Assembly: GCA_951804945.1 (NCBI GenBank)
Contig: OX638157.1
Span: forward strand, 22,134,001-22,198,000
DNA from: Podarcis cretensis
Taxonomy: Eukaryota
Direction of reading: 5' to 3'
Length of the DNA: 64,000 bases
Shown here: positions 51,607 through 64,000 of the stretch, one piece after another
Layout: each line of letters begins with the position of its first letter
Position numbering within the stretch: position 1 is the first letter of the stretch
The notes under the pieces: generated by a model
Told to the model about the DNA's origin: nothing
Databases searched by the model: none
The model's input: only the letters and a program-made list of their open reading frames with translations
Translations under genes and position numbers: made by a program

Positions 51607-52181
51607 TAACTGAACTGCATTTGCTTTGGCCAGTTAGCACTTTTTAGACTCCCAAGATACCAAATTCAAAGTTGTGATTATCTACCCAAATACCTTTTCA
51701 AAGCAACACAAGGTTGTAAAATTTGTTTGTTTTTTAAGGCCTAGCTTTAATGCTGGGCATTCAAACCTGCACCATGCAAAACAATGTCTTCGCTTCACAG
51801 AATTTCATGCAAATTCTTCCAAGTACTCATTTACAGCAGGGGATCCAATAAGGTGAAAAGTCAAACAAGGGCTTTCATTAGTTTTCATGGGTTTGCCCCA
51901 AAATTTGCATTGGGTCCTGAACAAATGGCTGTGCTATTCCAGTTATAGCTAAGGTATAATCCTGAACACATCTACGCTACTGTATCTTTTCAAACATGGA
52001 AACTGGTCTCAAAGTAGCCAACATTTTTCCAAGAAGGATTTTGCATTGGATATTATTTTATTTTATTCATGAGTTGGGGTTTATTCCAGTATCTTCCCAG
52101 CCCTTAACCAAGAGGAAAGACAAACATTTTAAAAACATTACTTTTATTATGACATCAACCTTGCCATATAAGGATAGGTAC

Positions 52182-52428
52182 TGTTAAACTGTGGGTGAAC
52201 ATATCAGACAACACAGCGATTCTTCAAACAGCTCTTGTTTATTCAGAGGCCAGAACAGAACTGAACTGAAGGGCTCAGTCAGCCTGCTTATACAGAGCTC
52301 CAGTACAATGTTACTGTAGCAACTTTCTAAAACTATCCAATCACTGAACGTCACTTTTGATCCTTCATTTGCATAACTATCTACAGTATCCCCCTGCTGG
52401 CCCAGGGTGAGAACTTCAGTACATAACA
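52182..52428 (-). mobile_element. Solo LTR of an LTR retrotransposon (247 bp)
   Basis: TGTTA...TAACA termini and perfect 5-bp TSD GGTAC (52177-81, 52429-33). On the minus strand TATAA (52292-52288) is followed by AATAAA (52243-52238). Confidence 0.85.
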
Positions 52429-53899
52429 GGTACGATGAGAAAGAAGCTTAAAGCTGATACTGCTCAAATGGATGTATACCAGCAGGGTTCATGTACCTCA
52501 CCTCTTTGCCACAGCTTGCAGGTAGAAGAAATTGTTGGCCTGGTGCTTGCTGCTCTACAGCACCACCCTAATAATGGCTAAGATGTATACTGCAGTGCCT
52601 GGTCAGCCAAGTGAGACCACCGTGGCTCTACTAGCATTATATCCCTTCGGGAACATCTTGCCTTGTATCCCCCGCCCTGCCCAGTCACTTCAATCATCGG
52701 GAGAGACACTCTTAGTAGTGCCATAATTAGCTGAGCTTCTCACAATTTATCCCAGCAAATTCTTTTTTATTTAATTTTGCATCAACGAAATTATTGGACA
52801 ATCGCCCTGACAAAGAGAGCAAGGAATGAGTTTGTATACCAAGGGAATTATGAATCAATGCTTTTAAAAGTATCTTTTTAATCTTCTGGACATTAAACTA
52901 CTAAAAGCCTGCAACATTCTGGCTGGTAATTGTGTATTCCGTTTCAGAAGAGAGGGAAGAAAACAAATGCAGATGGTTTTAAGGAATCACAACCTACTTC
53001 CACAGGGACAGAACACCATGCTGGAACACTCAGCTGTTTTTCCTTAGCAGGCATGGAAAAGGAAGATCAGAGGAAGGCTGAGTGAGGAAATAGTGGTTTA
53101 TCCATTTCTTGAGCACCTCTCCTTCTCAATACTATCTATACTATCACACAGCAATGGTCTTGTGATGATTAGTTTTAAGCATGTCCATAATCAAACTATT
53201 TTGGTTGTTCCTAAATCTCTCTGCTCACAGCACCTGAGGCACCAAACAGAATCAGTTTAACCCATAGTTCCTTGCCTTAGTGACCCAGTTCAGATGTTCA
53301 CACCCCAGCTTGATAAACTTATTGAAGTAGGTTTAATATCCTAGTTAGCAAAATGCTATTAAGCTACAGTTCCTGGTTTTAATGTAACAGCTAACTATGG
53401 GTTAATTAATCTGGTATGTGGGCACTAAGGAAGAGAGGAAACATGAGGAGTGAGTGCATGTTTTTGTTGCTAGTTCCTGTCCTCTATAGTTTAGAAAACT
53501 GGGAATTTAATGTCCAAAGCAGGCCATTGTTTACCACTCATCACAATGGTCTGTGGTAGCAGACCTTAGATATCGGCCAGGAGAATCCAAAGAACCTCTT
53601 AAACTAATTCTGATGTTCAAGGATGTCTGCAGCTTATGTTGCTCAAGCAGTACTCATCTCCTATGGCAAAACAATCTGTGAGAGACAATGAGTTCTATTG
53701 TTTAAAGGGGCGGAGGGTGGGAATCAGACAGGTCACTAGGTTTGCTCACGTCAAAAGTAATTCTTTGGATCACATTCATAACTGCTAGCAACAAACCCAG
53801 ATAATTAAGATCCATGGTTAGGGATTTCATCTGACTGAAGATGGCTAACTTTACATGGCTGAAATCAGTAGGTGCCCCTGTAGAAAAGTGAAGCAGAGT

Positions 53900-54095
53900 T
53901 GTGGCAATGAAGAACCCAAGCATTTGCAGATATAAAACAGATTACTTCAGTGTGCATTGCACTGCACCATTTCACATTTGGCACAGACTTTTATGTATTC
54001 CAGCTTTTATGGGATCCTCCTGCAACTCTTCACAGCCTGCTCTGGATGAAACGATCTTGGATAATTGTGTATCATCTGCTAAATGTCACTGAAAG
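53900..54095 (-). mobile_element. Ancient CR1 reverse-transcriptase fragment
   Basis: Minus-strand translation LADDTQLSKIVSSRAGCEELQED resembles the CR1 RT motif FADDTKL....DCEELQ.D. Confidence 0.6.
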
Positions 54096-54795
54096 TTGAT
54101 CTCTGCTTTTCTTCTCAACATTTTATTGTTGGGCAGTACATGTGCAAGCAGCAGGTCTTGGATGAAAACATGGCATTTAACCTCTTTTCAGTCCAAGAGC
54201 ATACTATTAATTTGATATTATATTTTTCTTACAAATCCATTGAAGTGCTTTCTATTTTTTTGCTTCACTGTAGTAAGAGTTTGTATAAGGAACTGCAAGA
54301 AAGACTTTCATTTAAGTTGATTATATTCACACCATTGTCTTTATTTACAGGCTTGCTGACGAACTCAAACGGGCTCTTGCACCGAGTCATGACCCTCTCC
54401 TTTATAAGATGCAATAAGCTCTTGTTTTTGTCTACATGCATTATCACCACATCCTCTGTTTCTAATGTTCAGGCTTTGAATGCCATTGCTTATGTAGCTA
54501 TTCAAGCACAAGAGAAAGATATCAACAGGCTTGGAAGAACTCCAAGGTTTGTACAAATCCAAGAAACCTATAGGGGGAAATGCTGAGTAGAGGTGAGAGG
54601 AAGAGAACCAAAATGGTCCAATGAGGCCGAAGCATGCATTGTGGACATGGAAAGTTCAGGGGGGAGGAAGAGAGAAATGAAAAACTGGGAGGAAGGGGCA
54701 AAGGGAATGGAGAATCGTGAACAGGAGCACTTCATATGCCAACTTTTCCCCCAAGTCCCGATTGTTAACTATTTCCTATCACAATTTAAGAAGTA

Positions 54796-55160
54796 AAGGT
54801 AAAGGTAAAGGTACCCCTGCCCGTACGGGCCAGTCTTGACAGACTCTGGGGTTGTGCGCCCATCTCACTTAAGAGGCCAGGGGCCAGCGCTGTCCGGAGA
54901 CACTTCCGGGTCACGTGGCCAGCGTGACATCGCTGCTCTGGCCAGAGCCAGAGCCGCACACGGAAACGCCGTTTACCTTCCCGCTGGTAAGCGGTCCCTA
55001 TTTATCTACTTGCACCCGGAGGTGCTTTCGAACTGCTAGGTTGGCAGGCGCTGGGACCGAGCAGCGGGAGCGCACCCCGCCGCAGGGATTCGAACCGCCG
55101 ACCTTCCGATCGGCAAGCCCTAGGCGCTGAGGCTTTAACCCACAGCGCCACCTGCGTCCC
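54796..55160 (-). mobile_element. Sauria SINE, distinct young subfamily (copy 1)
   Basis: Diagnostic ggtacccctgcccgtacgggccagtcttgacag end, perfect TSD atttaagaagta, and CpGs retained. Confidence 0.95.
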
Positions 55161-56619
55161 ACGCATTTAAGAAGTACTATAGGGGAAACTCAGCCATCCT
55201 TTAACCATTTTGGAAACTTCTGGAATTCTTACAAAACTGAATGGAGATGAAACCACCTTTCATTTGCCCATCTTTATCTACATTCTAATTACAGGCTTGC
55301 AGTACATTTTGCAGTACCTGCAGGCTCAAATTTCATGCTTCGTGGTTGTTTCTCAATCCTGAAATTGCAGGCATGTACACTATGCATTCTTGGCATAACT
55401 GTTTACTATGTCAGTCAGTCACAATGGGTTGGAGGCAGGCAGGCAGGCAATCAAGCAGAGTAGACAGTCCAAAAGCAGCTCAATCTGTAACCTGGGTAAT
55501 GAGTTTACCAGGCCAGATGCAACAGCTTCATTTTTATTTAAAAAACACACCAGGTGGCACCGTATTGGTCCTTTCTGTGACACCTGGTGCCTGCTGCATT
55601 GCTAGCTACAATACCATTCTCCATCTGCAGTGGAATGCAGCACAGCAGACAGAAAGCCAGCAGTTCTCTCCCCCAGCGACCTGGATTAACAGAGAATAAA
55701 GATGTCTGGAACTCATAGCACCCCCCATTTTGAGACCATTGCCATCTTTTGAGTAGGCCCAAACTTTCCTGGCTGACAAAGTTTATATGGCTTTGTTTTG
55801 ACTGTTAAGAAAACACAAACTATTTAAGCTACAGAAAATATATAGAAAAGTTATATGTTATATCTATCAAAATATCTAACTGAGTATGCTAACATAGACA
55901 CAGTATTTTCATTACAGAAGTACTTTATAATCTCATCAATTCCGTAGTGTAGCATTTCAATATCCAAGTAACAGAACTATTTGCATAAGTGACTCGTCAA
56001 AAGCCCATTAACAGTGGATGCTGGTCTACTGAAATGATTGGGGCATTGCCCCACCAACCTCAATCTGCCCTCAAGTCAGTTCCCCATCTTTTTGCCAGCT
56101 TACAACCAGCTCATATTTCTTCCTTTTTAGGCTTTGTGTTGCCCTTGCAAAACTCAGCAGGGAGGAGGATGGTGGGAGGCAAAACTAGAATTAGCTTCCT
56201 GCACTTTCCATTAGCTCTGGCTTCTCCTGCTGTTGCTTCCCCTTCCTTCCATACCACCAGCCATCAATAGCAAGGGCATATAGTTCAGCCTTTTGAAATG
56301 AGACAGCAGCAGAATGTATGTGTGCAGTGGGAGGGAAGAGCAGCAAGTATATGGTGTTTGAATGTGCCCTCATGTAAGAATCTCCTTATAAATGTATTAT
56401 TGCCTATTTGGCAAAGGCTTTTCTAGGGTAGGGCTGGCTACTGCTTGGTCTTCCAGATGTTGTTGCAACCACTTCCATCATCCCTGGCCAGTGGGCATGC
56501 TACCTCAAACCAATGGAAACTGGAGTCCAGCATCAGCATCCTCAACCCTGCTCTAGGCCCCCCAAATCCAGCAATATTCTCTGAACCACAACAGTGAATC
56601 TCTTTGTAAGGGGACAGTA

Positions 56620-56756
56620 CAGGCATCCCCAACCTTTGGCCCTCCAGATGTTTTGGGACTACAATTCCCATCATCCCTGACCACTGGTCCTGTTAGCTAG
56701 GGGTCATGGGAGTTGCAGGCCAAAACATCTGGAGGGCCGCAGGTTGGGGATGCCTG
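56620..56756. mobile_element. Short palindromic hAT-type MITE
   Basis: Perfect 16-bp TIRs caggcatccccaacct / aggttggggatgcctg, same core as 25202-25336. TSD not evident. Confidence 0.85.
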
Positions 56757-57354
56757 CTTTTAGATCAACGGCCTTTGTTTAGAATACCAGGTAACACATT
56801 TCATTTTATACTGAGTGGTTTAATTTCTGAGATCCAACAATCATTATTTTCCACTCAAGAACAATTTGGTCACTACCACCTGCTCCTCTTCAAAATATGT
56901 GGTACATATTCCAAAACCTACACAGCACTCCAAAACTCCTTCTCGGGTTGGTCTGTAATAGTTGTACTTGAAACATATTTCTCATTTGCTGCTTTCCTTC
57001 TGATAGCTTTGATCAATCCAAAAAAGAACTAAAAGACTGTTAAGTACTAAGTTGCACAAGAAAAGGGCCGTTTTTTCTTCTTCCTCCAACAGCCGGTATA
57101 ATAGCTTTGAGTACATGCTACAATATTATACAGTGAACTAGTAGTATAATCTTGTACTTGGAACAACCTGCTAGCTGAGGTGCCTTTTCTTCCCTCCTTC
57201 ACTTCATGCCCCTGCATGCTCTCTGTGACTCGCCAGTTTCACTGCCTTTCCCTTGCTTAAAAGCAAATGTAATCAGGCAATTATCCAATATGATTTATAG
57301 AGAGGCCCACAATTCACCTTCCCACATTGAACATCTATTTCTGACAATGGTTGT

Positions 57355-57512
57355 GGTCAGATGCAATGCTAAGCCACAAAGTATGGTTTGTTTAACCATA
57401 CTGTGCTTGGGGGCCAAGTACTGGTGCATGCAGTTCAAAGTGTTCCAGCTGTGCTCCTCCCTTGAGAGGGGAAACAAACCATGAATTGGTTGGCTTAGCA
57501 TTCTGTCTGAAC
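57355..57512. mobile_element. Palindromic MITE-like element
   Basis: ggtcagatgcaatgctaagcca..atggtttgttt / aaacaaaccat..tggcttagcattctgtctgaacc inverted arms. Confidence 0.6.
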
Positions 57513-57553
57513 CAGCACTTGGGGTACATTCCCTCCAAACCAACTGTGATCGG

Positions 57554-57655
57554 GAAAGCACAGCTCAGTTGGTAGAGCATGAGACTCTTATTCTAAGAGT
57601 TGTGGGTTCAAGCCTCACGTTGGGCAAACGTTCTATGATTCGAAGATGATTCTAA
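57554..57655 (+). mobile_element. tRNA-Lys(CTT)-derived SINE or pseudogene with a remnant CR1 octamer tail
   Basis: agctcagttggtagagcatgagactcttattctaagagttgtgggttcaagcctcacgttgggc is close to tRNA-Lys-CTT but has broken stems. It is followed by ttctatgattc. Confidence 0.8.
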
Positions 57656-59372
57656 GAACAAGGCTTGGCTTGAGACGGTGGTTTGTTTGGAAAAACAAAC
57701 AAAGAGTGATGGTTCAGACAAAATACTAAGATAACCACTCTGTGGTGCACCAGTACATAGCTCAGATAGTTAAACAAGACAAATATTGTGACTTAGCATT
57801 ATCTATTAACACAGTCAATGGCGACGTCATTTCAAACCTTTGCAATGTATTAAAATGATTGCATTGACCCAGGAAAATATTGTCAAGGACATATGTGTAG
57901 AACAGAGATAGCTCTCCACATGCTGTGGGCTACAGCTCTTATCTCTGACCATTGGCCATGTTGGCTGGAATTAATGGGAACTGTAGCCCAACACCTGGAA
58001 GGCCAAAGGTTAGCTACCCCTGGTGCAGAGAAACACAATGCACGGACTTTGAAGTTAGCATTCCTGAAACAAATCAAAACACTCAGAAATCCCAGAGTCC
58101 TATTAGGTATCAGATGCAGTTTCCAGCAAAAGGAAAGCAAGCATATATATAGAGGGGTTTGTTAGTTTGTTTTTTGGTTTTTGAAACATGAGGAAACAAA
58201 GTTTCGTTAAACAATTCAGACTGCAAGAGTATCTCCTTGGATCATCTGAGAAATGATAGAAGTTTGCATCTTCTTTTAAGATTTCAAGGTAAGTAGCATA
58301 CAAAACCAGGAAGGAGGAAGGAAAGGGCTCAATAGTGACCTGCAAGTCTACATTTTTGCCCAGATCAGTTCATTTCAAAAGAAGGATGGTGGCAAAGTGC
58401 AAAGCCAAGCAACACAGGCACATCAGCATTTCACAGTAACTATGGGGAGAAGTGAAAAGGAATAAACATAATTATCTTGGTATACAGTCTATTATAGAAC
58501 TTAGCATGCCCAAAATAAGAGATGTGCACACCCTTTGTGTCAATCCTGTGCTAGGATAGAAGGACAAAAAAGGAATGGGGCAAATAAGTATCTGGGACAG
58601 CTACAATACTTTGTTTCTGAGCAAAATTCAAAGTGCTGGGTTGTGTGGGGTTTTTCTAATGTATAAAGTCCTAACAAGGACCACAATATCAACATGAACT
58701 AATCTGGCATTGATACTAGTCTAAGTGACCCTGCTCTGAGTCCATACAAGCCCAACCTTGTAATAAATAAGCCTTTTGCTTATTTATTTGCCCAGGCTGT
58801 CAAGGTCTATTTTGTTTTTATGCTGTAATTTTTGTTTGCTGTGATTTGTTGTATTATTTATGGTTTTATTCCATGTGCTGCTGCCTATCCACACCATTTT
58901 CAACCCAGTGGAAAATATGCTAGGACTACAGGCATAAACTGTAATCACGCAGATTATTTCACAATGCAAAATCTTCAAGCACAGTCAAGTAAGTTGGAAA
59001 TCTGCTTTTTAAAAAAAGTTTTGATCTGTCAAGTTGAGCTAAGGAACAAACTTGTTATAACATAGGAAACACATGCCGATCATCTTCCTTCCTTGACAGA
59101 GCGTGTCTGTGTGCCTGATCTTCTGTACTTCTCTATAGCCCATAAAGAGAACGGAGCCATTTGCAGACTATATGTGCCTCCATAAAGTTTTTTTTAAATA
59201 TCTACAAACATGAGAATCCTAGTGTTTATTAAAATTTGAGACTCCTAGTTTTCATTTTTAAAAAATGACCACCACTAAGAACTGCCACTTACAAAGCTAA
59301 GGTGGCGTGAGCAATGGCAAAAATTTCCAAAGCATTTGTCTGTGCTGGATGCATGCCCCTCAATATAAATAA

Positions 59373-59374
<2 letters not shown>

Positions 59375-59418
<44 letters not shown>
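59375..59418. repeat. (AAT)n microsatellite
   Basis: Direct reading. Confidence 0.95.
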
Positions 59419-61232
59419 TCAATTTCTCTGAATTTTATGTGAAAAGTACATCATTTGAACCAATGTGCAAACTTGAATGTAACAGGGATTTCATACTTGT
59501 CTGAAATTTACTAAGTTACTTTATTTTTGAACCCACAAATGTCTTTTAAAATGTGTATTTTAGGATAAAAAACATTTAGGACTAAGATAATATAATGTTG
59601 CATTTTGTGGTAAGAATGCATATTTAGATGATTCCTGGTTCAGATTATTATTTAAAAAAAAACAAAGTAATGTGGAAACAGGACTGAAAGGACACATGCA
59701 AAATCAAAACATTCTGAAAACATATTGATCTATTCCCAACCAGTCCCAATGGTGCAATCCTAAGTATTGGTGCTAGCCAGCAGTTTCCCATTGTGAATCA
59801 CAGCTGTGGCTCCAACAGGGTTCTTGAGGAGAATGGACCATCTCTACCAGTCAAGGAAAGGAGACTTCCTGAAAATAAGGGACTAAGTAGACTCCTCCCT
59901 AGCAATACCCAGTGCCCTCCCAGCCCAATTAAAAGTGACTTTAAACAAGCAACTGGGTAGTTAGTTTTTGTACCCATGGGTCTAAACCATCACTCCCAAT
60001 TTAAATAGGGCACAACTATAGATTGTTAAAAGTGAGTCAAATACAATGAGACTTCAAGAAAATAATAATAATCATATGCCCTCTGAAGTCTGATCGAAGC
60101 TGTAGATTACAAATGGTTGGCATAGAAATGCAGACCACATTATCTGTTTTGAGTCTTACATTTACAGCTGACCAAATATGAACATTAAAAGAAAGAAAGC
60201 AGCTTCATGTGTCCAGTGCCACATAATATATATTACTCAGCTCTAATAATACCACTTAGCATTTACTCAAGAGTGTTCAGATCGCTCCACATGCACTCTC
60301 AGTTTTCTTCCCAACAGCCCTATAAAAGGCAGGCGAGTATTAAGCTTCCTATATTACTGTCTGACAGAATAATAATTTGCCTAAGGTGACTTGAGTTCAG
60401 GCAGGATGCAAACTGGGAACTCCTTAGCACTCACACCTCCCAGCCATCTGGCTATACCCCTTTCTAACCAAAGTTTGCATTTCATGGTAAGTTCAGCATC
60501 TGCATGGCTACAGCAAAAGGAAGTTAGGGGAATAGAACTGGAGGCAACCAGGAAGTCGTCAAATACAAAACCATCCTTCCAACCGCAACTTACAAGCAAA
60601 ACTAAGAAGCTCTGGAGGAAACTGTTCGACGAAAGGGCAAAAATAAAAATAAAAAATGTTCCTGGCCAATATCAGAAGAGGAATCTGAAACCTTTCCAAG
60701 AGAAAGTACCAACATTTGTGGCTTTTTTTTAAAAGGTGTACCTTTAGAAGAAGTTGCTCTACACTTTCCAAGGATCATTTTGTGCAAAAATTGATCACAA
60801 GAAGCTCAGGTGAGATCACACATTGAAAAGCGTGGAAGAAGTCATAGGCACATTCTATATATAGGGCTCCAATATTATGGGCAGAATCCAATCTGTGCTC
60901 TTGCAGTCATTGAAAAGGTGTTGATCTACATAAATGGATAATTTTATTTGTATGATGCCTTTCCATAGTTCAAACAAGGACTCATAGCCAACATGGCCTA
61001 ACAGAGGCCTCTTCTAACAGGATGAAGGGAGGCAAAAATTTTGCTGATTCCTGCTCTGTCCTGGAGTTCCAACACCCTGCAACCCCAAAAATCAGATCCA
61101 GAAAGTTGAGGAACTTTCCAGAATAGGATGAATAATCGTAAAATTGCCACCCCATCAGTGGATGTCTGCACTGGATCAGAAGCCCTTCCATGCACAGAGG
61201 TCTACTACTACTTTGTACTAGTAGTAAATATA

Positions 61233-61588
61233 AAGGTAAAGGTAAAGGGACCCCTGACCATTAGGTCCAGTCGTGAGAGACTCTGGGGCTGCAGCACTCA
61301 TCTCGCTTTATTGGCCGAGGGAGCCGGCGTACAGCTTCTGGGTCATGTGGCCAGCATGACTAAGCTGCTTCTGGCGAACCAGAGCAGCGCACGGAAACAC
61401 CGTTTACCTTCCCGCCGGAGCGGTACCTATTTATCTACTTGCACTTTGATGTGTTTTTGAACTGCTAGGTTGGCAGGAGCAGGGACCGAGCAACGGGAGC
61501 TCCCCCCGTCACGGGGATTCGAACCGCCAACCTTCTGATCGGCAAGTCCTAGGCTCTGTGGTTTAACCCACAGCGCCACCCGCATCCC
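61233..61588 (-). mobile_element. Sauria/Squam1-type SINE, full length
   Basis: Perfect 14-bp TSD tagtagtaaatata (61219-32, 61589-602). Confidence 0.95.
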
Positions 61589-61887
61589 TAGTAGTAAATA
61601 TAGCATTGAACTATATTGACAATATATTAAACCGAATAAGAAAAAGAAAGAAAGCGTATTAGCATACCATAAAATACATTAATAAATTTTGTTGATTATA
61701 TCAAAAGAGAAGAAAAAACCATCACCAACAGCAAGAACAATGAGTAGAAATAAAAGAGTAAAAAAAGAAATGAGATGTATCTCTGCGTACAGCCAAGTGG
61801 AACATACATTTTAATCCACCCAACCTTCCAGTGTGTTCCTAATTGTGCATATGGGTCTGCATGTTCTTGTACTTTATTACACCAGTA

Positions 61888-62258
61888 AAGGTAAAGGTAA
61901 AGGTACCCCTGCCCGTACGGGCCAGTCTTGACAGACTCTGGGGTTGTGCGCCCATCTCACTTAAGAGGCCAGGGGCCAGCGCTGTCCAGAGACACTTCCG
62001 GGGCACGTGGCCAGCGTGACATCGCTGCTCTGGCCAGAGCCAGAGCCAGAGCCGCACACGGAAACGCCGTTTACCTTCCCGCTGGTAAGCGGTCCCTATT
62101 TATCTACTTGCACCCGGAGGTGCTTTCGAACTGCTAGGTTGGCAGGCACTGGGACGGAGCAGTGGGAGCGCACCCCGCCGCAGGGATTTGAACCGCCGAC
62201 CTTTCGATCGGCAAGCCCTAGGCGCTGAGGCTTTAACCCACAGCGCCACCTGCGTCCC
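61888..62258 (-). mobile_element. Sauria SINE, distinct young subfamily (copy 2)
   Basis: Nearly identical to 54796-55160. Perfect TSD attacaccagta. Confidence 0.95.
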
Positions 62259-63095
62259 CAGTACATTACACCAGTACATGATGGATAATCACAATTTTAA
62301 AAAAGATTATTGAGCGGTCTCCCTGAGAGGGCCACCATTTATATTTCAGTGCATATTAGAGGTTTGGGGAGGGAAACAAAGAGTTGAGGAGTAAGAGTTG
62401 TAGATTAGAATGACCTAAGGAACTGTGAACCCTGTGGAGAGACTGTTCTGACATGAATATGATTTCCAATTTCTTAGAAGTCAGCTCCATTTTGTAATTA
62501 GGCTTCAGTATAACAGAATGTTCCCAGTGACTCTTGTTCTCCCTGCAATATGTGCAATGTGTATCAATAAAGAGATAAAGCTGAGGAGACCCAAGGACAT
62601 CCCATTATAACAACACACCCTGTTTGGAAATGTTATCAGGATGTACAACAGATCCTCTCTCCTGTTGAGAATGGGCAACTTTTGCCCCGAGGTGCCTTTC
62701 AGGTTCATTTCCTGCTGCCTAAGAAATTTGGGATACAGCCAGCCAAGCTTGGATATTGTAAATAACAAAATGCAGCAGCCTGAAAAGAACAGAAAAGGAA
62801 GGGGACCTTTGCATTGCATCAACAATCTGAAAGCTCCACCATGACTGTTCCTGACTTAAGTTTCCAGTGGCATTTTGGGAAGTGAATTTAAACTAAAAAT
62901 TAAAAAACCAAACAACAAGGATTTGTAAAGTGAGGAAGGACCATATCTACCATAAGTGGCAGGAGAGCTGCTTTGCATGTAGAAACTCCAAGTTGCAGCT
63001 CCAGGTATTCCCAGAGAGAGCTAGGGAAAGCTCCTGTCTGAAACCCTGCTACATAGTGTAGAGCTAGATGGATCAATGGTCTGACTCCGTACAAT

Positions 63096-63315
63096 GACAT
63101 AGCTCACATAAGACTCTTAATCTCAGGGTTGTGGGTTCAAGTCCCAAGTTGGGTGAGAGATTCCTCCATTGCAGGGAGTTGACATAGCTCACTTGGTAGA
63201 GCATAAGACTCTTAATCTCAGGGTTGTGGGTTCAAGCCCCAAGTTGGGTGAGAGATTCCTCCATTGCAGGGAGTTGGACTAGATGATCCTTGTGGTCCCT
63301 TCCAACTCTATGATT
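63096..63315 (+). mobile_element. tRNA-Lys(CTT)/CR1-tail SINE with a tandemly duplicated head
   Basis: Unit 1 (63096-63180) and unit 2 (63181-63315) both start gacatagctcac. Unit 2 ends in the CR1 tail ggactagatgatccttgtggtcccttccaactctatgatt. Confidence 0.85.
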
Positions 63316-63454
63316 GTTCCATCCAGAGCAGGGCACAGAATAATGCAGGTCCTATGTCTCCATGTCCTATCTTCCGCATTTCAAACATAAATGGAATAAA
63401 AAATCTCACCTTTCTTCAAAGGAGATTATGTCAGTGTGCATGGTTTCTCCCTCA

Positions 63455-63560
63455 TTTTATCCTTACGACAACCCTGTGAGATAGGTTAGGCTGAGAGTAA
63501 GTGACTGGCCCATGGTCACCCAGAGAGCTTCATGGTTAAGTGGGGATTTGAACCTTGGAC
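63455..63560 (-). mobile_element. MIR/CORE-type SINE fragment
   Basis: atccttacgacaaccctgtgagataggttaggctgagag..gactggcccatggtcacccag..ggatttgaacc. Confidence 0.8.
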
Positions 63561-64000
63561 ACTTGAACCTTACACCAAGGCCACCCAGTGAGCTTCACGG
63601 GTATATGTTGATTCAAACCTCAGTTCCCCCAAATTGTAGTTCCACACTCTAGCTAAGTGATGAGCTCCCATGCTCCTCCAATTGTTGCCACACTACAAAT
63701 CCCCTCATCCCTGATCACTGGCCATGCTGGTTGGGGCTGAAGGGAACTGGGAGTTCTACAATGCTGAGTCTCCTCACTCTGCTCTAATGACTATACTACT
63801 TTGGCTCTCGAAGTCTCATTCAAAGTGCTCCATATACTTATAATTTTAAAATAACTCTTACATTCTTCCCTCAATCAGCTTTTGAAACAGCCATAGTTGC
63901 CATCAGAATAGCAAATGGGAAGTGTTCAAAAGCAAAACCAGACAGGCAGACGTTCAAAAATAATTCCCATATTAAGCAGCAACTGCATCCTAGCAGATCA

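Noticed and set aside
54083-54586. 167-aa plus-strand ORF
   Set aside because: No recognisable domain or clear splice context, and it is adjacent to a decayed minus-strand CR1 RT fragment. Likely chance.
57554-57626. Functional tRNA-Lys gene (also 63181-63250, and tRNA-Glu at 14726-14790)
   Set aside because: Acceptor, anticodon and T stems are disrupted, and CR1 tails are attached or nearby. These are SINE heads or pseudogenes.

Overview
This is eukaryotic, vertebrate DNA, not prokaryotic. The repeat content (lacertid-type Sauria/Squam1 SINEs, Squam3-like CORE-SINEs, BovB, CR1, L2, hAT and Tc1/mariner MITEs) points to a squamate reptile, most likely a lacertid lizard. The whole window lies inside the minus-strand gene PPP3CA (calcineurin A alpha). 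Its only host coding sequence is the 201-nt exon 2 (6491-6691, minus). Positions 6692-64000 are part of the very large intron 1 and 1-6490 are the start of intron 2. Nearly all other ORFs in the track are chance or repeat-derived. There are no CRISPR arrays, operons or intact RNA genes, and I see no new protein-coding system. The most unusual structures are: (i) a Tc2-type MITE whose interior is an array of GC-rich hairpins, including a perfect 58-bp palindrome; (ii) a candidate chimeric tRNA-Glu / 5S-like / CR1-tail retroposon; (iii) an intact 247-bp solo LTR in sense orientation to the host gene; (iv) a phase-symmetric, stop-free exon 2 bracketed by inverted SINEs (circRNA candidate); (v) several multi-level nested insertions; and (vi) a tailless L1 fragment with a target-site duplication (TSD). 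Family names come from recalled consensus sequences and need RepeatMasker/Dfam confirmation.
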